In this document: in pieces, positions 9,301 through 20,034 of the stretch
Position numbering within the stretch: position 1 is the stretch's first letter
How the letters are laid out: the number at the start of each line of letters is the position of its first letter
Made by a program: the position numbers and the translations under genes
NCBI GenBank assembly: GCA_045863335.1
Contig: BTVY01000001.1
Span: 200,671 to 264,670, forward strand
Length of the DNA: 64,000 nucleotides
Origin: Candidatus Hydrogenedentota bacterium
Lineage (GTDB): Bacteria; Hydrogenedentota; Hydrogenedentia; Hydrogenedentales; SLHB01
Direction of reading: 5' to 3'
The notes under the pieces: model-generated
Databases searched by the model: none
Told to the model about the DNA's origin: nothing
The model's input: only the letters and a program-made list of their open reading frames with translations

Positions 9301-12300
9301 GGATGATCCGCATCGAAGGCCTGCCAGTCGAGTTCAACGCCGTTGACCTGCACGGTTGCAGCGGCGGTAAGCAGCGTGCGCCAATTGTCGGCGTCCTTGC
9401 CCAGTGACGGAAGCCACGTCGCATCCGCGTCCGGCAGGCAGCGGCGGCCCATGCCGATGAGGGTGTTGGCCGGGCCGACTTCGAGGAACACCGATACGCC
9501 ATGATCGGCGAGGGCCCTCATGCCGCCATCGAACAGCACGGCGTCGCGAATGTGATCGCGCCAGTATTCGGCGTCCAGCGTCTCCCCGCATTCGAGCGTC
9601 TTGCCGGTGCGGTTCGACACAAGCGGAATGGTGAGCGGCTGGTAGCTGACGTCCTTGGCCACCGCGTGGAACGCATCGAGTATCGGGTCCATCAAGGGCG
9701 AATGGAAGGCGTGGGACACAGTCATCTTGGTGCACCGGACGCCTTGGGCAGAGAACTGTTCGACGACGGCATCCAGCGCATCGCCGACCCCGGACACGAC
9801 GACCAGGTTCGGGCCGTTCACCGCGGCAATGGAGAGGGCCTTCTCTTGGCCCTTGAGCGCGGCGGCGACGGTCTGCTGATCAGAGAAGATGGCGGCCATT
9901 TTTCCGCCCGCGTGAAGCGACTGTATGAGACGCCCGCGTTCGGCGATGAGCCGCAGTCCGTCTTCCAGACTGAACATGCCCGCAAAGCACGCGGCGGCGT
10001 ACTCGCCGACGCTGTGGCCAATCACGTAGTCGGGAGTAATACCCCACGAGCGCCAGAGTTCCGCGAGCGCATACTCGAGCGCGAAGAGCGCCGGTTGCGT
10101 GTACGCCGTTTCGTTGATGGGCGACTCGCCCCCCTCCGCCGGATACAACACGGAGAGCAGCGGCTGCTCCAAATAGGGCTGGAGGATCGCGTCGCAGCGG
10201 TCGATGCTCGCACGAAACGCCGGTTCGGTCTCGTAGAGTTGCCGTCCCATTCCCGCGAACTGGGCGCCCTGTCCCGTAAACAGGAACGCAAGCTTCGGCC
10301 GGAATCCGGAGCGCACCGTGCCGCGGATGACGTTCGGCGCGGACTCGCCTTGGGCAAATTGTTTTAACGCCTCGCCTAGTACATTTCCGGCATCGTCGGC
10401 TTCCAACGGTTCCGTAAGAATGGCCAGGCGCTGTTCAAAAACGCAGCGCGTTGTGTTGGCGGAATAACAGAGGTCACGGATCGCGGCGGGATTCTCAAGC
10501 TCGCGGGACGCGTAGGTTCCGGCGAGATTCTGCAACGCCGTTTCCGTGCGCGCGGAAAGCGTCAACACGTGGCGCGGCCGATCGGGCTGCGACGTCTCGG
10601 CGCGCGCGAGCGTGATCGGGGCTTCTTCAAGCACAACATGACTGTTCGCGCCGCCGAATCCGAAGGCGCTGACGCCGACTAGACGGCGTTTCGATCCGCG
10701 CGGCCAGGGCAGCGGTTCGGTCGGAATCTGGTAGCGGGTTTCGTCCAGCTTTATCAGTGGGTTCACTTTGTCCAGATGCAAATGCGGCGGAATCGTCTCG
10801 TGCTGCAGCGCGAGGACGGCCTTGATAAGCCCAACGATGCCTGCCGCCGGTTCGAGATGTCCCACGTTCGTCTTGGCCGAAGCAATGGCGCAGATGTTGC
10901 CCTCGTCACGTCCTTCGGACAGGACGGTTTGAATCGATTCAATCTCGATGGGATCGCCAAGCGACGTGCCGGTACCGTGGGCCTCGACATAGGCGATCTC
11001 CGAAGGTGCGACGGCCGCGTTCTCCAATGCGGCGCGAATGACCGCCTGTTGCGCCTTCGAACTTGGCGCGGTGAGGCCATTGCTGTGTCCGACGTGATTC
11101 ACCGCCGTACCGCGGACGACCGCGAGCACGTTGTCGCCGTCGGCCAAGGCGTCGGAAAGCCGCTTCAACACGACTAACCCGCAACCTTCGCTGCGCACGT
11201 AGCCGTTTGCCGCCGCGTCGAAGGCCTTACACCGTCCGTCCGGCGCGAGCATGCGCGCCTGCGACAAGGCGATGGTCGCCAAGGGCGACAGGATGACGCT
11301 TACGCCGCCGGCGAGGGCGATGTTGCATTCGCGGTCGCGCAGGCTCTGGCAGGCTTGATGCAAGGCGACCAACGCGGACGAACAAGCCGTATCCACAGAT
11401 ACACTGGGGCCGCGCAGATCGAGCAAATACGAAAGGCGGTTCGACGCGATGGACTGGGTGTTGCCCGTGGCGACGTAGGCGTCGTTCTCCGCGCCAAGCA
11501 GCAGTTGGAGCTGCATGTAGTCAATAGACGAAACGCCAATAAACGTACCCGTGGCCGAACCGGCAAGACGGTCGGCGCGGACGCCGGCATTCTCAAAAGC
11601 CTCCCAGGCCACGTGCAAAAGCAATCGCTGCTGGGGATCCATGCTGGCCGCTTCACGCGGGGAGATGTTGAAGAACGCGGCGTCGAACTTATCAACGTCC
11701 TCTACGAAGCCGCCCCACTTCGTAATCATGCGGCCCGGCGTCGCCAGATCGGGATCGTACAGCGTATCGAAGTTCCAGCGATCCGCGGGAATCTCGCGTA
11801 TCGCATCGCCACCATCGCGCAGCAACTCCCAGAAGGCGTCCGGATTCTTTGCGCCGGGGAACCGGCAACTCATGCCGACGATGGCGATGGGCTCGCCGTG
11901 GGTGCGGGAAATCGTGCTCGTCGCGTCCGGCGACCACGTGCCGGAAAGATGGCGGGCCAGGGCGTCGATGCAGGGGTACTCGTAGACCAGGGTGGGCGAC
12001 AGCGTACGCCCGACGACGCGCTCCAGATCGGCGGCGAGTTCGACGGCAGCCATGGAATGAAGACCGAGACTCGAGAAGGGCTGGCGGATATCCACCTGTG
12101 CCGCGTCGACGTTCAGCCGAAGGGCAATGCGGTGCGCGAGATATTCGCGCAGGTGCACGTAGCTCTTCCCCGCGTCCGTAGACGAAGTGTGCGGGACATT
12201 CGCAATCGAATCGTCAACAGATGAATCGGCGATCGATCTGCCGACCAGGGGAAGTGATTCGTCCTGAAACGCTTTGCGGCAGGAGCGGCGCTGAATCTTC

Positions 12301-13919
12301 CCGCTCGACGTCTTCGGAATCGACCCCGGTTGAACCAGCAGCACCGCATGCACCGGCACTTCGTGTTGTTCGCCGACCGCCGCACGAATCGTGGCCGCAA
12401 CCTGCTCCACATCCAGCCCATCGACGGCATCGCGCGCGACTTCCTGGGCGACGACGAGCAACTCACCGCGTGGGTCTTCGATGGCAAAGGCCGCTCCGCA
12501 TCCCGGGCGCAGCGCGGGATGGCACGATTCGACCGTGAGTTCGATGTCCTGCGGATAATAGTTAATACCGCGAATGATAATGAGGTCTTTGAGACGACCC
12601 GCAACAAAGAGTTCGCCGTCCTGCAGGATTCCGAGATCGCCGGTGCGCAGGTAAGGGCCTTCGCCGCTATCCGCAAGGGTTCCCCAGAAGGTGGCGGCCG
12701 TCTCGTCGGGCCGGTTCCAATAGCCCGACGCGACGCTGGGCCCTTTCACCCAAATCTCGCCGACCTCGCCGTCCGGACGGGGCAGGCAAGTATCGGGCGC
12801 GATGATTCGAACATCCTGATCGGCTGCGGGAGAACCGCAGCCCACGAGCGTCCGGTTCCGTGCGTTGTCTTCCGGGAACTCGCGTACCGCCATGCTGCTG
12901 CCGCGACGCGCGAACGATACCGCAAGCGTGGCTTCGGCAAGACCGTAACAAGGGAGAAACACATCGCTCCGGAATCCGGCGGATTTGAATTTCTGCGCAA
13001 AGGCATCGAGCGTGCCCGGCCGAATCGGTTCGGCGCCATTGAAGGCCACGCGCCACGCGCTCAGGTCCAGAGCGTTGCGTTCATCGTCGGCGATCTTGTC
13101 GACACAAAGCTGATAGGCAAAATTCGGCCCGCCGCTGACGGTCGCGCGGCGCTGGCCCATGGCTTGCAACCACGAGGCGGGTTGCTTCAGGAAGTGCAAG
13201 GGCGACATAAGCGTCGAATCGCAGCCGACAAAGGGCGGAATCAGCACGCCCGCCAGCAAGCCCATGTCATGGAACTGGGGCAGCCAACTGAGCACATGAT
13301 CGTCTGCGGAAAGCCCCGTCGCTTCTCGTATGTAGTTGCAGTTGTGAAGCAAATTGCCATGGGTCACCATCACGCCCTTGGGCGACGACGTGGAACCCGA
13401 GGTGTACTGCAGGAAGGCGAGATTGTTCTCGTCGACACCAGGATTGCGCCATACGTCCGGATCCGCTTCACTGGCGTCGGTCGTAACCCAGCGCAATCCC
13501 GCCAGCGCCGGATGCTCCTGTAAAAGCATTTGCGCCGCTGCCAGGTACTCCGAAGTGGTTAATGCCAGCGTCGCCTGGGCGTCCGCAAACATCGCGAGGA
13601 GCCGCCCGAGCGTCCTTCCGGGACGTGGAGGATAGGCCGGAACCGCCGTCACACCGGCGTAGAGGCATGCGTAAAAAGCGACGTTGAACTCGATGCCGGG
13701 CGCAAAGAACAAAAGGGCGCGGTCGCCCGGTTTGCTAACGGACTGAAGTTCCGCAGCAACGGTGCGCACACGCTCTTCGAATTCGTGATAGCAGACGTTC
13801 TGCGTTGTGTCCGATCCGGAAGCGAGAAGCGAGAAGATGATGGAATCCGGTTGCGCTGCCGTCCGCTCAGCGAGTACATCGATGAAGTTTCGGGTTCTGC
13901 TCAGGGGAAACTTCTCCAA
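6375..13919 (-). CDS. Type I PKS: FAAL-ACP-KS-AT(malonyl)-KR-ACP-sulfotransferase, no TE
   Basis: [22 protein letters not shown]; ACP1 GLHS; KS DTACSS, HGTGT; AT GHSVG and HAFH; KR GGFGGLG, LDD, YAAAN; ACP2 GLDS; [16 protein letters not shown]...PPELH...DKSPTY; ends [12 protein letters not shown] start uncertain. Confidence 0.95.
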   Translation of the reverse strand: MEKFPLSRTRNFIDVLAERTAAQPDSIIFSLLASGSDTTQNVCYHEFEERVRTVAAELQSVSKPGDRALLFFAPGIEFNVAFYACLYAGVTAVPAYPPRPGRTLGRLLAMFADAQATLALTTSEYLAAAQMLLQEHPALAGLRWVTTDASEADPDVWRNPGVDENNLAFLQYTSGSTSSPKGVMVTHGNLLHNCNYIREATGLSADDHVLSWLPQFHDMGLLAGVLIPPFVGCDSTLMSPLHFLKQPASWLQAMGQRRATVSGGPNFAYQLCVDKIADDERNALDLSAWRVAFNGAEPIRPGTLDAFAQKFKSAGFRSDVFLPCYGLAEATLAVSFARRGSSMAVREFPEDNARNRTLVGCGSPAADQDVRIIAPDTCLPRPDGEVGEIWVKGPSVASGYWNRPDETAATFWGTLADSGEGPYLRTGDLGILQDGELFVAGRLKDLIIIRGINYYPQDIELTVESCHPALRPGCGAAFAIEDPRGELLVVAQEVARDAVDGLDVEQVAATIRAAVGEQHEVPVHAVLLVQPGSIPKTSSGKIQRRSCRKAFQDESLPLVGRSIADSSVDDSIANVPHTSSTDAGKSYVHLREYLAHRIALRLNVDAAQVDIRQPFSSLGLHSMAAVELAADLERVVGRTLSPTLVYEYPCIDALARHLSGTWSPDATSTISRTHGEPIAIVGMSCRFPGAKNPDAFWELLRDGGDAIREIPADRWNFDTLYDPDLATPGRMITKWGGFVEDVDKFDAAFFNISPREAASMDPQQRLLLHVAWEAFENAGVRADRLAGSATGTFIGVSSIDYMQLQLLLGAENDAYVATGNTQSIASNRLSYLLDLRGPSVSVDTACSSALVALHQACQSLRDRECNIALAGGVSVILSPLATIALSQARMLAPDGRCKAFDAAANGYVRSEGCGLVVLKRLSDALADGDNVLAVVRGTAVNHVGHSNGLTAPSSKAQQAVIRAALENAAVAPSEIAYVEAHGTGTSLGDPIEIESIQTVLSEGRDEGNICAIASAKTNVGHLEPAAGIVGLIKAVLALQHETIPPHLHLDKVNPLIKLDETRYQIPTEPLPWPRGSKRRLVGVSAFGFGGANSHVVLEEAPITLARAETSQPDRPRHVLTLSARTETALQNLAGTYASRELENPAAIRDLCYSANTTRCVFEQRLAILTEPLEADDAGNVLGEALKQFAQGESAPNVIRGTVRSGFRPKLAFLFTGQGAQFAGMGRQLYETEPAFRASIDRCDAILQPYLEQPLLSVLYPAEGGESPINETAYTQPALFALEYALAELWRSWGITPDYVIGHSVGEYAAACFAGMFSLEDGLRLIAERGRLIQSLHAGGKMAAIFSDQQTVAAALKGQEKALSIAAVNGPNLVVVSGVGDALDAVVEQFSAQGVRCTKMTVSHAFHSPLMDPILDAFHAVAKDVSYQPLTIPLVSNRTGKTLECGETLDAEYWRDHIRDAVLFDGGMRALADHGVSVFLEVGPANTLIGMGRRCLPDADATWLPSLGKDADNWRTLLTAAATVQVNGVELDWQAFDADHPRRRVALPTYPFELKRHWFTVKPGASNDIVQALGGRASDGATATAISEEQRAKLAGWFHTVEWESLPEAARMNDSGPWLVFGGDDEFSRGLVAELTARGLAATNAGSVRAEDIDKSLDAAFNSNGTGRFGVIVLPKRVSSEAEDGNKALDEFTATCRSTLLVAQALAKRALATTAPRLYIVTQSAQAIADGEQPNLSQAPLWALGRCIALEHPDVMGKLIDVPDDSAVSSLADELLAQDGETMVALRGANRFGARVTPLAETEVSPHVAFRADGAYLITGGFGGLGTKLAHWLVQHGARRLVLLARTALPPRNQWSKTDPASRAGQNIAAVRELEAAGSSVHVAAVDVSDAAQLTAFLTQYRDEQWPAIRGIIHAAGVLDDQLIHDMDPASFTTVGRSKVAGAWNLHRAFADAELDFFVLFSSAASMFGSVGQGNYAAANAYLDALAACRRAKGLPALSINWGPWAEVGMAAQPDRGGRLAQQGIASIDPDEGLAAFGMLLGRDVAQVGVVDADWPALQSLFDTGEGTPFLSNVAGQARKSAVPSERCKQILESEGEARRKLIEQQLCNSIGEVLHTDPAAVPVDQNVVNLGLDSIMVMDLIRNLGRDLKIRIHPREVFEQPSLAGLAEYIGTELDIMQRKREGEAPPPEGFIQANINKARGKIVAPPKPERKNPPCAFLLSAPRSGSTLLRVMLAGHPQLFSPPELHILHFHSMKDRRTFLGEGNYLGDGLQRAFMEAQGLDADAAEALIERMFAEDTLIQDVFTQLQESVAPKLLVDKSPTYTGRRETMERAEDLFENPKYIYLYRHPYAVIESYVKNRTGKMFDFGHADPYLLAEEVWASHNENTIEFLKGVPEERQFPVRYEELVTDPERIMRGMCTFLDVPFEPAVLDPYGEGRMTDGVRAKARAIGDPNFMKHTSIDPTLADAWKRAKLPNRLGDWAQRISAILEYDLPNETLSRVIAGSGEELEEERL

Positions 13920-14287
13920 ACAGGGCCGCCGTCAAGCCACCCTCAATGTTGCAGCGTCATCACTCTCCGGCAACCCGCCAAGATTTCGAGCATGCGCTAA
14001 CCTGTATGAATGCCGCGAGCCGTCGCCCGCGACGTATACCAATCCGCCGCGCATACCATGCGCGTTGGCCGCTTACGCCGCCACCAAAGCGGCAACCGAT
14101 AAAGTGAATCCCCCGATAGACCGGCCGTCGAATTCGCCTCCAAGATGGTGACGGCCAAGTAACGCAGCATACAGCTCGTGGGTGGGAAATTAATGGCGAT
14201 TCCCACATCCTCGACCAGCACCAATTATACTCTAGTCCGCGATTCGCATTACAAATACCGGCTATACAGGGGTTCCTCAAGGCAAGG

Positions 14288-14303
14288 ATACTACATATTG
14301 TGC
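14288..14303. promoter_or_regulatory. NrdR-box-like imperfect palindrome in the AT-rich region upstream of the PKS
   Basis: ATACTACATATTGTGC matches consensus acaCwAtATaTwGtgt at 13/16; weaker copy at 14332-14347. Confidence 0.3.
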
Positions 14304-14460
14304 GGAAATGCCAGCGTGTACAGCCTCAAAAACACTAAATTGGCGTAATTGAGGCGATCTTCAAACCGCAATTTCGTCAATAATTTCCCTTAAAACTCGA
14401 AAGATGTTACCAAAATGTGCCGACTCGGTTCAAATTGGACGACAACCATGAATTTTGGTT

Positions 14461-16326
14461 TCAGGTATTCCGCGAAGGTTCCGAGGGCTCCATACCCAGG
14501 AGGGCGCGAATCTCGGCGTCGAGGATTTGCCGAATCGCGGATGTGACGGGTAAGGCGGGAATTGTCGTCGTCCCTCCAACCGCGGGCAGCGTCATGGGTC
14601 TGTACGCGCGATTCTGCCAGGAGTACCAGCGAAGCGATTCGCTTTCCAGGGGACGGTCGAACTCGAAGCGGACATGAACCGGGCGTCCGTCGTAGTTGAC
14701 GCCAAGTACGGTGACGCGCATGCCGTCCGTTTCCACAACTTGACCGGTCTCCATGGCGGACACGGGCAGCCGGCAAAAGAAGAAGGACCAGGGGTACTCC
14801 ATCCAACCTTCGGGAATGGAAAGTTCCAGCACGTTTTGGGATGGACGATGGACGACGATCTCCCGGTTGCCGCTGTAGAGCACCCACATGGATTTCGGAA
14901 CGGGCTCCCGCTTGGCGGAGCGGAGCAGGGGCAACATGGCGTACATGATGTCGCCGGTGGCGTTCACGATGATGAGGCGGTCTTCTGTGAGTTCTTCGTC
15001 CTGCGGCAGACTCGCGTTGCCCACATCGACGATCTTCCTAACGTAGTGCATGGAGTACGCGTTCGCCGGAAGCATGATGGGAGACACGATCAAGTGGAGA
15101 ACAATCAGGAATGCGGCCACAAATCGCAACGTCACGGGCTTGCACGATCCGTCCGTGAACCACGTCGTTCGATCCGAAACGCCGCCCAGAAACGCGCCGA
15201 GCAGCCCCATCCCGCCGATACCGACGAGCATAAGCAAGCGATACTGGGGAACGGACGAGCAATAGGGAATCGCGCACAACGCCATGCCTGCCGCGTAGAA
15301 CCGGGCCGCACGATTCGCGCGGAGGAGCGGCCAGAACAGCCACGTCAGCAGCACGACGATTCCCGCGGCGAAGGTGATGTAGAGGCCGGTCCAAAAAGGC
15401 GGCAGCAGCGTGTGGTAGATGGGGTCCGGGAACATGAACTGGGAATAGAGCAGCACCGGAAAGAACTTGATTACGGCAAAAACAAAGCCGACGGGATCGG
15501 CAACGGGATCCGTGTAGAAGCTCGACGCGGTAACGCCGTAGCCGAACCACGAATAGAGGATTCGCCAGATCACAACGATGACGGCATAAGGCACGAGGGA
15601 CAGCAGACGCGCGCGCCATGGCGCGGGGTCCATGAAGCACGCATACGCAAACAGATAGCCGGTCACGGCCACGGTGCCCTCGCCGGAGAAGAGTCCAAGC
15701 GCGAGCATGATTCCTGCCAGGACACCGCGGCTCGATTTGCCGGTCTGACGCCAACGATCGTGGGCCAGCAAAACAAACACCGCGAACATGGCGGAAAGGA
15801 TCGCGTTACGGTTGGAAAGCCAACTCACGGAAAGACCGTGCGCGGAATCCACCGCGAAGAGCAGGCCCGCCAGACCCGCAACCCACGCCGGAGTGATGTG
15901 GCGCTGATAAAGTCGCGTCGTGGCGAACGCGAGGATGCCGTAGAGCAGCATGCTGTGAAGATGCATGATCCAGGTATGGCTTCCCCACAGGATAAAATCG
16001 ACATAATGACTGAGGGATGAAATCGGCCGCCAGAAGGAGATCTTCCATTCAGGGTCGGCCCACCAGGGAACGATGCCACGGGCGAGGTATTTCTCATACT
16101 CTTCCGGCGTGCCCTTGCCAAAGGAAAACGTGTCGAGCGTGGCGTTGTCGACCTCGGGCAGCCCGGGCGACCCCATGAACACGGCGCTCCAGTAATAGTC
16201 GTCCGTGACGCGGCCCACGAGCAACGACGGCGCGGTCAATACGCAGGCGATGATGGCGATCATCAACGCGGCGCGCCTTCCGTGAACGCGCGTAAACCGA
16301 GTCTTTAGAATGGATAGCCCAGTCAT
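14461..16326 (-). CDS. Polytopic membrane protein, GT-C-like (PMT/TMTC-type) with C-terminal soluble domain
   Basis: Many hydrophobic segments; acidic pair VTDDYY after TM1; FWRP motif. Start moved to ATG 16326 (MTGLSIL). Confidence 0.6.
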   Translation of the reverse strand: MTGLSILKTRFTRVHGRRAALMIAIIACVLTAPSLLVGRVTDDYYWSAVFMGSPGLPEVDNATLDTFSFGKGTPEEYEKYLARGIVPWWADPEWKISFWRPISSLSHYVDFILWGSHTWIMHLHSMLLYGILAFATTRLYQRHITPAWVAGLAGLLFAVDSAHGLSVSWLSNRNAILSAMFAVFVLLAHDRWRQTGKSSRGVLAGIMLALGLFSGEGTVAVTGYLFAYACFMDPAPWRARLLSLVPYAVIVVIWRILYSWFGYGVTASSFYTDPVADPVGFVFAVIKFFPVLLYSQFMFPDPIYHTLLPPFWTGLYITFAAGIVVLLTWLFWPLLRANRAARFYAAGMALCAIPYCSSVPQYRLLMLVGIGGMGLLGAFLGGVSDRTTWFTDGSCKPVTLRFVAAFLIVLHLIVSPIMLPANAYSMHYVRKIVDVGNASLPQDEELTEDRLIIVNATGDIMYAMLPLLRSAKREPVPKSMWVLYSGNREIVVHRPSQNVLELSIPEGWMEYPWSFFFCRLPVSAMETGQVVETDGMRVTVLGVNYDGRPVHVRFEFDRPLESESLRWYSWQNRAYRPMTLPAVGGTTTIPALPVTSAIRQILDAEIRALLGMEPSEPSRNT

Positions 16327-16511
16327 CGGATCCCGTCGTTGGTGGATGGAATGATGCAGCACACCCAACCGCGTGCATGACGAAGACCGATCTAATCCCC
16401 GGCGGAGGGCGCGAGTACGTCGCGACATGATACCGGATTCGAGCGTGGAGAGTACAGACAACCGTTAAGGCCGCGAGGTCAAAACCCCCGTCCCAGTCGG
16501 ACCCTGGATAA

Positions 16512-16610
16512 ATCGCTATCGGTATCGCTATCGAGATCGGGATCGAAAAAGGATCTGTGGTGCCTCAGATTTCGATACCGATTCCGATCCCGATAGCGAT
16601 ACCGATATCG
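16512..16610. repeat. Inverted repeat built from ATCGNN hexamer tandem units
   Basis: Left arm cgctatcggtatcgctatcgagatcgggatcgaaa pairs with right arm tttcgataccgattccgatcccgatagcgataccgatatcg. Confidence 0.85.
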
Positions 16611-16611
16611 A

Positions 16612-16635
16612 GCGGGGCGCCCGGAGGCGCCCCGC
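16612..16635 (-). terminator. GC-rich hairpin just after HEAT-gene stop (terminator or stabiliser)
   Basis: Perfect 10-bp stem GCGGGGCGCC/GGCGCCCCGC, loop UCCG on minus strand; no U-tract. Confidence 0.5.
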
Positions 16636-16645
16636 GTGTTGAAGA

Positions 16646-18625
16646 CTATCCCTGAATCTTGCTCTTGATTTGTTCCGTAGCCTGCGCGGCTTCGGCTTTT
16701 ACTTCCTCGTCCGCGAGGTAAGGTTCAACCAATGCCAGCGCGCGCTCGTCGCCGATCTCGGCGAGACCCGCGAGCACCAAACGCTTGTCGTCGGCGCTGG
16801 CGGCAAGTTTGGATGCCTCCTCGTACAGCGCGAGCGTTTCCTCGACCGGCCGGTCGCCGCCCTGTCGCAGCAGCCGCAGGAACCCGCGGAACGCGAGCGT
16901 CTTGTGCGTATTGTTGTCAGACGCCGACGCGATCTGACGCAGATCGTCGAGCGCATCCGCGGTAGGCCAGTCAGCCAAAGCCTTGACCGCCGCGTCTTTG
17001 ACGGGATCGGCTTTTGCAGACGCTACCAGGTCACGCAACTGCGGCAACGAACTCGGGTCGGCGATGCGTCCTACTACCCGGACCAGCGATGCACGAACTT
17101 CGGGCTTACCTTTGATGGTGGAGAAGGCCTGCGCGATTTGTTGCGCGCCTTTCTGCGGCGGATTAGTCCGTTGCACCGTCGATACGACGGCGTTTTCCGC
17201 GGCGGTCTGCGACGGATCGCCGTTGACCTTGACCAGGAGACCGATCAACGCCGCGAGGTCGCCTTCGTTCGCCAGTGCACCCAGGGCATCGAAGGACGCG
17301 TTGCGAACCGATTCGTCCTGGTCCGACGCGGCTTGAAGCAGCGTCGGGATTGCGGACTCGGCGCCCCGTGTCGCCAGGGCTTGGATCAGAACCGTCTTTG
17401 CGGGAGCTTGCGTATCCTGCATCGCGGTAACGATCGCGCCGTCCACGTCATCACCGCGAAGGGCGCCGAGCGTGGCGCGGGATACGCGCGCGACTTCCGC
17501 GTCATCCGACATGGACAAGGCGGCCAACTGCGAAACGGAGGACGCGTTGCCGACGGTGGCCAAGGCTTCGAGCGCCGCGATCTTCACGTCCGGATCGCTG
17601 CTGTCCAGTGCAGCCGTGACGGCCGGTAGCGCTTCGCCATCTTCACGCGCGCGCAGGGCGTACAGCGCGACAAGTTGACCGTGGGCGTCGAGACTGGGAA
17701 GTGCCGACGCCAACTCCGCGGTGACCTTTCCGCCCTCGAGCGTGCGCAACGCGCCAGCGGCAATCGCTTGAAGTCCAGCGTCGCTCCCTTTCAGCAGTTC
17801 GATCAACATCGGCAGGGAATCGGCGCCTTCCACGGCTACCAATCCCTCGATCGCCGCGATATGGGCTTCGCGCGATTCGGAATCGCTGTTCAGCTCCGTG
17901 AAGATCGCCTTCGCCTTCCCCTTCTGTCCGTTCTGCAGGTAGTTCGACGCGCACATGAGGTAGCCGTTCGTGATGGCCGGCTTGAGTTCTTCCGATGCAC
18001 TGCCACGCGCCTTTGCCAGGGCGTCAGCGGCCTTCTCACCCCCAATCCGGCCGAGCGCCGTCGCGGAGGCCTTCGCAACTGCCGGGTCTGGATCGTTCAG
18101 AAGGGTAGCGAGATCGGCAACGGCTTCTTCCTGCCCACGCATGCCGATGGAATTGATGATGCCGACCTGTACGCGGTCGTCGGCGTTTCCAAGGGCGGTC
18201 AACAGCGCGTCATCGGCGGCTTCACCCTCGATGCTTTCGAGGGCGTAGCGGGCCATGTCCGAGTGCTTCTCGTCGGTCAACATTTTCGCCAGCGCGGGTA
18301 CGCTCGCGTCCGTGCCGATGACGTAGAGCTGACGGCACACGAAATCCTTGCAGTCGTACGTGGCGTCCGACCCGAGGATCTCGATGAGCCCCTGCTCGAT
18401 CTGCTGGCGCATGGCGGCGTCGCCGTAGGACTTCGTGCAGTAGTCTTGCACGACGCTGAGCATCTCGCGGTTCTGGCCGAACTCGTAGGTGCGAATTTGC
18501 TGAAGCGCATCCGGCAGCGACGGAGTATCCTGCGCGAGGGCCGGCATACCCGCAACGACCGCCACTAACGCCGCAACCATGGCCCATCCGGCGCGGCTGT
18601 TTTTTTTATTGATTACGCGAATCAT
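16646..18625 (-). CDS. Secreted HEAT-repeat protein
   Basis: Signal peptide ending PALA-Q; repeated helical 'VAKASATALGRIG'-type units; purine-rich RBS before ATG 18625. Confidence 0.85.
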   Translation of the reverse strand: MIRVINKKNSRAGWAMVAALVAVVAGMPALAQDTPSLPDALQQIRTYEFGQNREMLSVVQDYCTKSYGDAAMRQQIEQGLIEILGSDATYDCKDFVCRQLYVIGTDASVPALAKMLTDEKHSDMARYALESIEGEAADDALLTALGNADDRVQVGIINSIGMRGQEEAVADLATLLNDPDPAVAKASATALGRIGGEKAADALAKARGSASEELKPAITNGYLMCASNYLQNGQKGKAKAIFTELNSDSESREAHIAAIEGLVAVEGADSLPMLIELLKGSDAGLQAIAAGALRTLEGGKVTAELASALPSLDAHGQLVALYALRAREDGEALPAVTAALDSSDPDVKIAALEALATVGNASSVSQLAALSMSDDAEVARVSRATLGALRGDDVDGAIVTAMQDTQAPAKTVLIQALATRGAESAIPTLLQAASDQDESVRNASFDALGALANEGDLAALIGLLVKVNGDPSQTAAENAVVSTVQRTNPPQKGAQQIAQAFSTIKGKPEVRASLVRVVGRIADPSSLPQLRDLVASAKADPVKDAAVKALADWPTADALDDLRQIASASDNNTHKTLAFRGFLRLLRQGGDRPVEETLALYEEASKLAASADDKRLVLAGLAEIGDERALALVEPYLADEEVKAEAAQATEQIKSKIQG

Positions 18626-18651
18626 GGTTCTATTCCCTTCCTTCCAGACGC

Positions 18652-19998
18652 TCAGACGCGCCACGGCGCCCGCAGCGAGGGCATCAGCATATTGTTGGCT
18701 TCGGCGTCGTTGATGAACTGTTCTTTGTCGGGGTCCCATTCGAGTTTGCGCCCCAGCAGCATGGCTATATTCGCGATGTGGCACATGGTCGCCGTGCGGT
18801 GGCCGACCTCGGGCGGCGCCATACACTCCCCGCGGACCTTCACGTTGTTCAGGAAGTCGCGATGGTGTCCGGGGCTTCGTCCGAGATGCTCCTCGTTGGG
18901 TCCGATGATCTCCTTGAGCAACGACGCCGGTTCGGCCTCGAGGTTGCCGCCGTGGATGTGGATGAACACCCAGCCGTCGGTGCCCTCAAACTTGATCCCC
19001 CGGGTGCCGCCGCATTTGCAGATCATCTTCACGCCGTTCGGATACTCGAACGTGAACTCGTAGTCCATGGCGGTGTTGAACATGCCGTCGCGCGGAAAGT
19101 CGCCCCAGCCTTCGATCGACTTGGGACCGCTCCGGTCGCTCGCGTTGCCGAGCTGGCCGAGATCGATGATGTGGGCGCCGCGGTCGGTCACTTCGCCGCC
19201 GGAATAATCGAGAATGTAGCGGAACCAGAAGTGGCAGCGTTTCTCCGTGTAGGTCGCCCACGGCCGCGGTCCGAGCCACATGTTGTAATCGAACCCTTCG
19301 GGAATCGGCATGGGCGGCTGGTTTTCGAGCGGTCCATGGTTGTCGATGGGAAGGTTCACGTGCATGGTATGGAGTTTGCCGATACGCCCGTTGCGCACCA
19401 GTTCGCAGGCGTAGCGCGCATTGCTCCGGCTGCGCTCGTGACTGCCGGTCTGGAAGACGCGTCCGTAACGTTTCACCGCATCGACCACGGCGCGGCCTTC
19501 GCCCACCGAGTTCGCGAGCGGCTTTTCGCAGTACATGTCCTTGCCGGCCTCCGCGGCGGCTACCGCAATCACGGCATGCCAGAAGTCCGGTGTACAGATA
19601 CAGACCGCGTCGATGTCTTCGCGCGCGAGGACTTCGCGGAAGTCGTTGTAGGAATTGCAGCCGTTGTACTGCCCGCTCTGCGTCTGCGCCGCGTACGTTT
19701 GATCGACGAGTTGTTGTGCGGCATCGCGATGATCGCAGTCCACGTCGCACACCGCAAGGACCTGCGCATCGGCCTGCCCCAGGAAGGCGCGCAGGTTGGC
19801 GGTACCCTGGCCGCCGACGCCGATGGAGGCCACCGTGATGCGGTTGCTCGGCGCCACGGTTCCGTCCAGCCCGAGCGCGGACGCGGGCACGATGTAGGGG
19901 AAACCGACCGCGCCCGCCGCAGCCAAAGCCCCCCGTTTCATGAACTGGCGCCGGCTCAACCCGGTTTGCGCAACGCCGGTCTTCTTGCTCCTCTTCAT
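18652..19998 (-). CDS. Tat-exported Gfo/Idh/MocA oxidoreductase
   Basis: SRRQFMK Tat motif; IGVGGQG; TPDFWH; CEKP; RBS AAGGAG before ATG 19998. Confidence 0.92.
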   Translation of the reverse strand: MKRSKKTGVAQTGLSRRQFMKRGALAAAGAVGFPYIVPASALGLDGTVAPSNRITVASIGVGGQGTANLRAFLGQADAQVLAVCDVDCDHRDAAQQLVDQTYAAQTQSGQYNGCNSYNDFREVLAREDIDAVCICTPDFWHAVIAVAAAEAGKDMYCEKPLANSVGEGRAVVDAVKRYGRVFQTGSHERSRSNARYACELVRNGRIGKLHTMHVNLPIDNHGPLENQPPMPIPEGFDYNMWLGPRPWATYTEKRCHFWFRYILDYSGGEVTDRGAHIIDLGQLGNASDRSGPKSIEGWGDFPRDGMFNTAMDYEFTFEYPNGVKMICKCGGTRGIKFEGTDGWVFIHIHGGNLEAEPASLLKEIIGPNEEHLGRSPGHHRDFLNNVKVRGECMAPPEVGHRTATMCHIANIAMLLGRKLEWDPDKEQFINDAEANNMLMPSLRAPWRV

Positions 19999-20034
19999 GA
20001 TTGTCTCCTTTGAACGCTCACTCAATTCGCTCGC

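Noticed and set aside
6375-13919. Annotating the PKS as an olefin synthase making 1-alkenes
   Set aside because: No TE domain follows ST; the protein ends in a docking-like tail and is coupled to an NRPS.
13960-14280. Small ORFs upstream of the PKS as leader or precursor peptides
   Set aside because: No convincing RBS or motif, and several overlapping frames are equally weak.
16646-18826. ORF-track starts extended upstream (also 14461-16461, 25158-26957, 27913-28833, 29152-29943, 53030-54673, 56592-58259)
   Set aside because: The extensions overlap neighbouring genes or repeats; downstream starts have a better RBS, signal peptide or stop/start coupling.
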